Below are positions 15,713-21,909 of a stretch of 21,909 bases of DNA, one piece after another. This DNA is from Elusimicrobiota bacterium. GTDB taxonomy: Bacteria > Elusimicrobiota > Elusimicrobia > F11. The translations under genes and the position numbers were made by a program. Location of the stretch: NCBI GenBank assembly GCA_046153645.1, contig JBJXGI010000048.1:1-21909 (forward strand), in the 5' to 3' direction. The notes under the pieces are model-generated. The model ran no database searches, was not told where the DNA came from, and worked only from the letters and a program-made list of their open reading frames with translations. Each line of letters opens with the position of its first letter. The first letter of the stretch is position 1.

Positions 15713-16543
15713 TTAAAACCGACCGCGAAGCCGTTCTTTTCCAGGCAGGATTTCCAGACAGGTGGTCCACCACCCCGTGGTGATGGTATCAATAAATTCT
15801 TGAGGAAGTTTTTCGTCTCGCATTTCTTGAGCTAAAACTGACCAATCATAATCAACCTTTAAAAGTTCAATCTGAGGCACATTATTTAATATTGAAATCT
15901 CAGAGTACCAAACATTTTGGTTTCCATCGTTGGCAGGGCGCCCAATAGCACCAATATTAACAACCCATTTTCGAGGTGCTACTTCGCGCTTCCAGGGAAT
16001 GCCGGTATGAGTGCAGCATAAAATATCGCATTCAAGTTCATCCATCATTCTCAGTAAAAATGCATTAGACGTAGTCGTGTCCCATAAAAACTCATTTATC
16101 CTTCTGGGAGAACCATGACACAAATGAACGACGAAAGACCCTAAGTGAAACTGAACTTGTTTTGGAAAATTTTTTAGTAGAGAACGATTTTCATCAGAAA
16201 TATTTTTATCTGTATAATCATAAGACATCGCCGCATAATAATTATCTTTGGGGTGAGAATAACCACAACCACAATCAGCCGCTTGAGTAATTAATGATTC
16301 TTCATAATTACCTTGAATACATTGAACGTTAAACTGTTTTAAAATTGGAAATACTTCATTGGGATAAGGGCCAAACCCTCCCAAATCTCCCAATTGAAAA
16401 ATTTTTTCCATTCCATGATGAGTGGCCATTTCGCACGCTTTTTGAAGGGCCACATGATTATTATAAACCCCACCCAAAAGACCCACTTTCTGATAAGTGG
16501 TATTGAGCTTTTCAATGGAGGGGGCACAGCCTACGTACGACAC
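15713..16543 (-). CDS. Atypical metallophosphoesterase (calcineurin-like) family protein
   Basis: Motifs LGDLGGFGP, IQGNYE, CHGSP, CTHTG and VNIGAIG. The start is uncertain: the ORF track gives 16573, which overlaps the radical SAM gene by 43 nt, and the in-frame GTG at 16543 gives a smaller overlap. Confidence 0.82.
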   Translation of the reverse strand: MSYVGCAPSIEKLNTTYQKVGLLGGVYNNHVALQKACEMATHHGMEKIFQLGDLGGFGPYPNEVFPILKQFNVQCIQGNYEESLITQAADCGCGYSHPKDNYYAAMSYDYTDKNISDENRSLLKNFPKQVQFHLGSFVVHLCHGSPRRINEFLWDTTTSNAFLLRMMDELECDILCCTHTGIPWKREVAPRKWVVNIGAIGRPANDGNQNVWYSEISILNNVPQIELLKVDYDWSVLAQEMRDEKLPQEFIDTITTGWWTTCLEILPGKERLRGRF

Positions 16544-17439
16544 GTCACACCAAATGCGTGGCAGGTATAACAAGCACCACGATCAAGCTCAAAAGAAACC
16601 AATGATTCTGTTATCGTATTTCCCATTCGAGCCAAAGGGTCATTGATAAGAATAGGACACACCCACACCCCTTCATGAGTAACAATGCGAGAAGAAGTGC
16701 ATTGCAGTTTTAATAATTCATCTTCAGATAAATGAAGCCCTTGAAGCGTTTCGTTTTTTTTATACCCACAAGAACGGGATTCTTCTTCACCAATATGAAA
16801 TAAACTGAGAATCTTCATTCGAGGTTGTTTAAGACCCAAGGATTGCATGAGTTCAAAAAATTTTTCACGCCCTTTTTTCCCTTCTTTGGAAAGTTCTGGG
16901 GAGGCTTCAGTTACCGTAATAACAGGGTTTAAACCCGCATGAGCGAGATTTTGAATCCCTTTTAGGATCCGTTCAAAGGTTCCTTCTCCTCTAATAGGGT
17001 CATTGGTTTCTTTGGTGGTGCCATCTAAACTAATTCGAAGTTCTAAAGCATAATGACTTGAATCACTTAAAACTTTTAGTTTTTGCGCTAAGGCTTCATT
17101 AAGAAAGGTACCATTGGTTAAAACATTAGCAGGGCCTATTTTAAGAGTCTCCGTCAAAATCGCCAACATATCCCGATTCATGAAGGGTTCCCCGCCCGTA
17201 AAGTAAAATTCTTTTACTCCGAGCTTTTCGGCCTCAAGCAAATGCTGTTTAACTTCTTCTAAACTCATCATTTGGTGATTATTATTGGTGGGATTGGCGC
17301 TTACCAAACAATGCTCGCACCACAAATTACAAATGGTACCCGCTACTTGAAACCAAAGAGTTTCAATGTAATAAAGAGGCGCTGAGGGAAAAACTTCTTT
17401 TTTATTTATAGAGTTCTCTGAAATAATTGTAGATGACAT
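16531..17439 (-). CDS. Radical SAM protein (related to the ArsS-type arsenosugar-cluster radical SAM enzymes)
   Basis: CNLWCEHC (CxxxCxxC), FTGGEPF, LTNG, ISLDG...D.IRGEGTF. Extra C-terminal cysteines are present (CTSSR, VCP, CYTC...C). Confidence 0.9.
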   Translation of the reverse strand: MSSTIISENSINKKEVFPSAPLYYIETLWFQVAGTICNLWCEHCLVSANPTNNNHQMMSLEEVKQHLLEAEKLGVKEFYFTGGEPFMNRDMLAILTETLKIGPANVLTNGTFLNEALAQKLKVLSDSSHYALELRISLDGTTKETNDPIRGEGTFERILKGIQNLAHAGLNPVITVTEASPELSKEGKKGREKFFELMQSLGLKQPRMKILSLFHIGEEESRSCGYKKNETLQGLHLSEDELLKLQCTSSRIVTHEGVWVCPILINDPLARMGNTITESLVSFELDRGACYTCHAFGVTCRT

Positions 17440-17498
17440 AATTAATAAGAAAGAATTATGCCATTTTTAAGGCGGAAAGAAGATAAAACAGTTCTTGA

Positions 17499-17547
17499 TT
17501 GACAGAAATAACATTGGGAATGTATACTCATTGTATAAACAAAGGAG
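17499..17547 (+). promoter_or_regulatory. mazEF sigma70 promoter, overlapping palindromic operator, and RBS
   Basis: TTGACA 17499-17504, 18-bp spacer, TATACT 17523-17528. Inverted repeat TATAC-tcatt-GTATA overlaps the -10. AAGGAG at 17542-17547 precedes ATG 17555. Confidence 0.75.
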
Positions 17548-17554
17548 TCATCAG

Positions 17555-17797
17555 ATGAAAACACGTGTAAAAAAATGGGGCAATAGTCTTGGGCTAAGAA
17601 TTCCAAAATTATTCGCAACCGAGTCTCATATTGAAAACAATACAATTGTTGAAATGTTTGTTTCAGAGGGGAAAATTATTATTTCTCCTATTAAAAAACC
17701 GGCCATTCAACTTAATGACTTACTTTCGAAAATCAATAAAAAAAATATTCATCATGAAATAAAAACAGGGCCTGCTACAGGGCAAGAAATCTGGTAA
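17555..17797 (+). CDS. mazE: AbrB/MazE family antitoxin (80 aa)
   Basis: MKTRVKKWGNSLGLRIP...L.DLL..I...N.H.EI.TG...GQEIW is the MazE signature. Start reassigned to ATG 17555 based on the RBS and promoter. Confidence 0.93.
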   Translation: MKTRVKKWGNSLGLRIPKLFATESHIENNTIVEMFVSEGKIIISPIKKPAIQLNDLLSKINKKNIHHEIKTGPATGQEIW

Positions 17798-17801
17798 AAA
17801 C

Positions 17802-18143
17802 ATGCCTTACATTCCAGAAAGAGGAGACGCCGTTTGGCTCGAATTTAATCCACAAACCGGCCACGAACAAGCTGGGCACCGACCGGCTTTTGTCATCTCT
17901 CCATCGCATTATAATCGAAAAGTGGGTTTAGCTCTTTTTTGCCCAATTACTTCTCAAGTAAAAGGATATCCCTTTGAGGTTTTGATTCCACAAGGACTAA
18001 AATTAACCGGTGCCATTCTTTCAGATCAAATAAAGAGTTTTAACTGGAAAGCACGTAAAGTTAAATTTATTTGCACCTTACCAGCCGCAACCACAAGAGA
18101 TGTCATCTTAAGACTTGAAGTGCTCATTAAAAATCACATCTAA
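17802..18143 (+). CDS. mazF: MazF/PemK family endoribonuclease toxin
   Basis: YIPERGDAVWLEFNPQTGHEQAGHRPAFVISP..YN...CPITSQVKGYPFEV...DQIKS is the canonical MazF pattern. Starts 4 nt after mazE. Confidence 0.95.
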   Translation: MPYIPERGDAVWLEFNPQTGHEQAGHRPAFVISPSHYNRKVGLALFCPITSQVKGYPFEVLIPQGLKLTGAILSDQIKSFNWKARKVKFICTLPAATTRDVILRLEVLIKNHI

Positions 18144-18174
18144 CTGCTGGAGTTCTAAACGAAGTAAAAACTTA
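18128..18174. repeat. Diverged 47-bp duplicate of the flavin monooxygenase 3' end (copy 1)
   Basis: 41/47 identical to 19457-19503 without gaps (manual alignment). Confidence 0.85.
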
Positions 18175-19389
18175 AGGCAAAGAGCTCAGCCAACGAGAAG
18201 CAGAAATAATGAGAATTTTTTGTTTTTCATTGGACACCAAACGAGACACGCCCGTTTTATTGACAAGCTGAACGGCAGGAATTTTAAGTATGTTTTGGAA
18301 TTTGACCAAATCTTTCGATAAAACGTCATCTGATAATTTAGTTTCGACCAAAAGAAAAGGAACTCGATTATTGACAATGAGAAAATCTACCTCTTGCTGT
18401 TCTTTATTGCGAATATAATGAAGAGAAAAATCCCCCAAACCTAAGTCTGTCCAATTCGAAACTGCTCTCAAAAGTTCAAGCGCCACCATATTCTCAAATC
18501 GAACTCCAGGGTCTGAAACAGAAACATAATCATAAAAATACAGTTTTTGTCCTTTCGTAATAGCGCGTGATACTTTTTTAGTCCAAGGAGACAAGCGAAA
18601 CGTCAAAAAAAATGAATCGAAAACTTCAAGCCAATTGCGAATACTATTAAAAGAAACTTGAATATCTCTTGCCAAACTATCCATAGATAACGGACTCCCC
18701 ACTTTAGAGGGAAGGAGAGAATAAAGATGTTCTATTTCATCAATCCGTTTCATTTCTGTCATATTCCGAATGTCTTCACGAATAAGTTGCTGCCGATATG
18801 TGCGAGACCAACGACGGTAAGTTGATTCACTTTGAGATAGATAAGGTTCCGGAAACCCACTTAACAATGATAATCGGTCCCAAATTTTTTGATCATGGTT
18901 GTCTTCTGCGGGAATACAGAGGGGATCTTTTAAAAAAAAGTCAAAAGGACGGCGTTTTTCTCTTAACTCTGCCAACGTCAATGGCCACAAATTGAAAAGG
19001 AAATAACGTCCTGCCAATGAATCTCCTCCTTTTTGATAAACATTCAATCGACCACTTCCTAAAACGAGGAATTTGTATTGAATAGAAAATCGGTCATAAA
19101 TGCCTTTTAAATAGTTCTTCCAGCGACGATATTTGTGAATTTCGTCTAAAATAACCAAAGGTGGGGAAGAATCTTTTCTTTCCAGTGCTTCAAAAAAGAG
19201 AGGGTTTGATAACAACATTTTTCGATCGGTATCTAAGTCCCAATTAAAATAAAGAGTGTTTTTAAACTCAGAAGCGATAAGACGTGAAAAGGTGGTTTTC
19301 CCTGCTTGCCTAGGGCCTGCCAAAAAAACCATGGCTTTCCCATGAGCCAATTCATTCCAAATATCGTGATAAAGTTTGCGCTTTTCCAT
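18172..19389 (-). CDS. AAA+ ATPase (AAA_14 + DUF4143-type, C-terminal PD-(D/E)xK-like motif)
   Basis: Walker A GPRQAGKTT, Walker B ILDEIH, LGSG...GGDSLAGR, SGFPEP, KLYFYD, FENMV, EVDFL...VETK. Confidence 0.9.
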   Translation of the reverse strand: MEKRKLYHDIWNELAHGKAMVFLAGPRQAGKTTFSRLIASEFKNTLYFNWDLDTDRKMLLSNPLFFEALERKDSSPPLVILDEIHKYRRWKNYLKGIYDRFSIQYKFLVLGSGRLNVYQKGGDSLAGRYFLFNLWPLTLAELREKRRPFDFFLKDPLCIPAEDNHDQKIWDRLSLLSGFPEPYLSQSESTYRRWSRTYRQQLIREDIRNMTEMKRIDEIEHLYSLLPSKVGSPLSMDSLARDIQVSFNSIRNWLEVFDSFFLTFRLSPWTKKVSRAITKGQKLYFYDYVSVSDPGVRFENMVALELLRAVSNWTDLGLGDFSLHYIRNKEQQEVDFLIVNNRVPFLLVETKLSDDVLSKDLVKFQNILKIPAVQLVNKTGVSRLVSNEKQKILIISASRWLSSLP

Positions 19390-19395
19390 CTGACT

Positions 19396-19454
19396 ATATT
19401 ACCTGGCAAAGTGAAAAAGTCAAGACAAAACCGCAGCAGATGGTGAAAAAGTCA
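19396..19454 (-). promoter_or_regulatory. Putative leaderless promoter of the ATPase, with 12-bp direct repeats
   Basis: Minus strand: TTGACT (19423-19418), 16 bp, TAATAT (19401-19396), 6 nt, ATG, with no SD. GTGAAAAAGTCA (plus strand) occurs at 19411-19422 and 19443-19454. Confidence 0.5.
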
Positions 19455-20615
19455 GCTAAAAATTAAATCTAACTGCTGAAGCCCTGAACGAAGTAAAAAC
19501 TTATTAAGACGCCCATAACTCTTGTGCCCAATAAAATAAAAACCATGTTCACCCGATTGTAACTGCTCAGGTTTAACAACAACTGGAGATAAACAATCTT
19601 TAATATCCATAAGTGCCTTAGATAAACCTGCCGCGCCATTGGTCACAAATGAATTCATACATTGCAACTCAGACACCATTTCCAAATCAGGCTTATATCC
19701 AACCATCGATAAAATATGATCAACTCTTATTTTAGAATCACCCTGAGTTCCTGACACAGTGACTTCAAAACCATCGGTCAATTTTTCCATTTGAGTGAAC
19801 GCCTGTTTTCGATAAACCTTCCAGCCTGCGGGCGGGTTTTGAGCGGCATTATTGGCCTCTTCAACAATTTTTTTTCTTTCTGGAAGAGGATCATTGGGTG
19901 CTTCTTCACATGGACGAGAACGATCATGAGATACCACCCAATAAAGTTCTGTTTGAGGATTTTCTTTATTTAATTTAAGGGCCCAATAAACTGCTGTTGC
20001 AGCCGAATGTCCACCGCCGACAAGAAGAATTTTTTTTCCGAGCCATTTTTTTTTGTCTTTCCCCAGCATATCAGGCAAATGCCGAACGATGTGAGATGAA
20101 TAAAATTTCTCTCCTCTAGCGGGAATACCAGATTCACCGGTCCACAAAGGTTGGCCAAAAACGCCAGAAGCGTCAAAAACAAGATCGGCATCTAAATATT
20201 CTTCTCGCCCATTATTATTAATCAACAAACGAAAAGGACGTTCCTGTCGGATAGGGTGCCCCGGCAATTGAGATTTCAGTAGTCTTCTTTTGGCAACAGA
20301 TATAACTTTTGAATTTTCGCGAATCTTTCCTTTCAATAATTCATGTTGAGATAATGGCAATAAAACTTGGTCAACGAATTGCTGTCCTGATAAATAACTT
20401 TCGGGATCGGGTTTTTCTGTTAAGAAATTCAAAGCGAAAGAAGAGACATTATCTTTCATAGGAGAGAAAAGGTGCACATGACCCCATTGGCGCAAATGAT
20501 TTCCTACCTGACCTTGTTCTAGAACAGTCGTATCCCACCCTTTATGAACTGCTCTTAAAGCAGTTTCAATTCCTATGGGGCCGGCACCAATGACAACACA
20601 CGTTTTTTTTGACAT
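19452..20615 (-). CDS. FAD/NAD(P)-dependent flavin monooxygenase/oxidoreductase (type often found in ars clusters)
   Basis: FAD-binding VIGAGPIG, WGHVHLFSP, DASG, NAD(P)-binding LVGGGHSA, VGYKPD, C-terminal FYFIGHKSYGR..FLL. Confidence 0.85.
   Translation of the reverse strand: MSKKTCVVIGAGPIGIETALRAVHKGWDTTVLEQGQVGNHLRQWGHVHLFSPMKDNVSSFALNFLTEKPDPESYLSGQQFVDQVLLPLSQHELLKGKIRENSKVISVAKRRLLKSQLPGHPIRQERPFRLLINNNGREEYLDADLVFDASGVFGQPLWTGESGIPARGEKFYSSHIVRHLPDMLGKDKKKWLGKKILLVGGGHSAATAVYWALKLNKENPQTELYWVVSHDRSRPCEEAPNDPLPERKKIVEEANNAAQNPPAGWKVYRKQAFTQMEKLTDGFEVTVSGTQGDSKIRVDHILSMVGYKPDLEMVSELQCMNSFVTNGAAGLSKALMDIKDCLSPVVVKPEQLQSGEHGFYFIGHKSYGRLNKFLLRSGLQQLDLIFS
19457..19503. repeat. 47-bp repeat copy 2 (native 3' end of the monooxygenase)
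   Basis: 41/47 identical to 18128-18174. Confidence 0.85.
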
Positions 20616-20624
20616 GAACTGAAA

Positions 20625-20951
20625 TTATTCTCTGTTTAGTGTATTAATCGCCTGGACATTATGAACCAAAGAGGAGCCTGCGCGAATGGCAGAGGCCACA
20701 TGGACAGCCTCTGTCATTTGCTCTGGTGTGATTCCCTCCGCTTGATTAGCACTGGCATAAGCGTCAATACAATAGGCACACTGAATGGCATGCGCTACCG
20801 CAAAAGCAATAAGCTTTTTTGTTTTTACGTCCAAAGCGCCTGGTGCCATAGCCGAACCATACCACTTATTAAATTCCTCAAAAAGTTTGGGGGCCGCTTT
20901 TCCAACTTCGGCAAAACGAGGCAAATCTTCACTCACATAATAACTAGACAT
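20625..20951 (-). CDS. AhpD/carboxymuconolactone decarboxylase family protein (arsenosugar-biosynthesis-associated peroxidase-like type)
   Basis: YY..EDL.RF...APKLF..F...GALDVKTKKLIAFAVAHAIQCAYCID...EAVHVASAIRAG..LVH, with a CxxC motif. RBS AAGGAG upstream. Confidence 0.88.
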   Translation of the reverse strand: MSSYYVSEDLPRFAEVGKAAPKLFEEFNKWYGSAMAPGALDVKTKKLIAFAVAHAIQCAYCIDAYASANQAEGITPEQMTEAVHVASAIRAGSSLVHNVQAINTLNRE

Positions 20952-20963
20952 TCATTTCTCCTT

Positions 20964-21725
20964 TTATCCGCGAACACCATTAACATATGCAAATGTACAC
21001 TCGTGTTTTGGTTGTTCAAAAATTTTTTTGGTTGAACCCGATTCTATCAATTGCCCCACACCATCCATCATCCAAAACATGGCCACTTGATCTGAAATTC
21101 GTTCTGCTTGAGCGAGGTTATGTGTGACTGCAACCACAGTAAACCGATTTTTAAATGAACGAATGAGATCTTCAACAATCCCACTTGAAATGGGGTCTAG
21201 TGCGCTACAAGGTTCATCTAACAATAAGACTTCTGGTGATAATGCGAGGGCTCTGGCAATACAAAGCCTCTGTTGTTGCCCCCCCGATAAAGCCAATGCC
21301 GATTGATTCAATCGATCTTTTACTTCACCCCATAAACCAACATCTCGAAGAGAAGTTTCAATTTTATTTTCTAATACCGCTTTATCTTTAACACCATGTT
21401 CACGAAGTGGTATTTCGATATTTTTTTGAATCGACAAAGGGAAAGGGTTGGGCTTTTGAAAAATCATTCCAATTTTTCTTCGAAGAAAAACCAAATCAAT
21501 ATTCTTTTTAAGGATTGAAATGTCATTAAATTGAATATCACCAGAAACTTGGCACCCCGGAATAAGATCTGTTAACCGATTAATAGCCATAAGCACGCTG
21601 GATTTTCCACAACCAGAAGGCCCAATGATTCCTGTGATACTCCCCTTATTAAATGAAAGATTTACATTTTGAACGACTGTCTTTTTTAAATAGGAAACAT
21701 TTAAATTCGATAAATGAATTGTCAT
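20964..21725 (-). CDS. pstB: Phosphate ABC transporter ATP-binding protein
   Basis: GPSGCGKS, GMIFQKPNPFP.SI, LWGEVKDRL...A..LSGGQQQRLCIARAL, LLDEPCSALDP, VTHNLAQA.RISD. Confidence 0.93.
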   Translation of the reverse strand: MTIHLSNLNVSYLKKTVVQNVNLSFNKGSITGIIGPSGCGKSSVLMAINRLTDLIPGCQVSGDIQFNDISILKKNIDLVFLRRKIGMIFQKPNPFPLSIQKNIEIPLREHGVKDKAVLENKIETSLRDVGLWGEVKDRLNQSALALSGGQQQRLCIARALALSPEVLLLDEPCSALDPISSGIVEDLIRSFKNRFTVVAVTHNLAQAERISDQVAMFWMMDGVGQLIESGSTKKIFEQPKHECTFAYVNGVRG

Positions 21726-21909
21726 AGGGGTTTAATTCCTTTATGTAAAAAACGCATAGAAACCCATGCGGCCAATCGATTAATAATAAACAACAAAAAA
21801 ACCAACACAAACGCTGAACGATAAGCGTTCGCATTACCCCCCGGAACGTTCATAGCCAAATCATAAATATGAAGAGATAAAACACGACCTGAATCCATTA
21901 AAGAAGAGG
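21722..21909 (-). CDS. pstA: Phosphate ABC transporter permease, 3' fragment (runs off the right edge)
   Basis: Manual translation from 21907: SSLMDSGRVLSLHIYDLAMNVPGGNANAYRSAFVLVFLLFIINRLAAWVSMRFLHKGIKPL*. This is a PstA-like C-terminus whose TGA overlaps the pstB ATG (ATGA). Confidence 0.8.
   Translation of the reverse strand, partial: SSLMDSGRVLSLHIYDLAMNVPGGNANAYRSAFVLVFLLFIINRLAAWVSMRFLHKGIKPL

Noticed and set aside
16531..16575. Selenocysteine read-through at the radical SAM C-terminus, as in some ArsS-type proteins
   Set aside because: The terminal motif uses Cys codons and the stop is TAG, not TGA.
17495..17554. 20-aa N-terminal extension of MazE in the ORF track
   Set aside because: It overlaps the promoter and operator. 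The RBS and the family signature point to ATG 17555.
17442..17645. 67-aa minus-strand ORF upstream of the radical SAM gene
   Set aside because: Antisense to mazE and its promoter, with no motif.
21649..21834. 61-aa minus-strand ORF
   Set aside because: Alternative frame overlapping the pstA 3' end and pstB start.

Overview
AT-rich bacterial window with two parts. (1) 1-15602, minus strand: a tandem array of at least three paralogous, probably exported giant proteins: 1618 aa, 3467 aa, and a third whose first 42 codons (126..1) run off the window and are absent from the ORF track. All three start with a signal-like leader ending in S-[ILV]-W-x-E-R. The two complete ones share a colinear 430-aa N-terminal domain with ChaN/EreA/TIKI-like motifs, then carry unrelated cargo. 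One has a CPBP-like membrane module and a histidine kinase. The other has a LEPR-XLL-like motif, SdiA-regulated/YjiK-like propellers, PKD-like domains, a duplicated unknown domain and TM segments. (2) 15713-21909, mostly minus strand: pstA (partial)-pstB-AhpD/CMD protein-flavin monooxygenase-[AAA+ ATPase and mazEF, apparently inserted]-radical SAM-atypical metallophosphoesterase, resembling organoarsenic/arsenosugar-associated clusters. A 47-bp diverged copy of the monooxygenase 3' end marks the insertion. No RNA genes, CRISPR array or transposase were seen. All family assignments come from motif recognition by eye; no searches were run.
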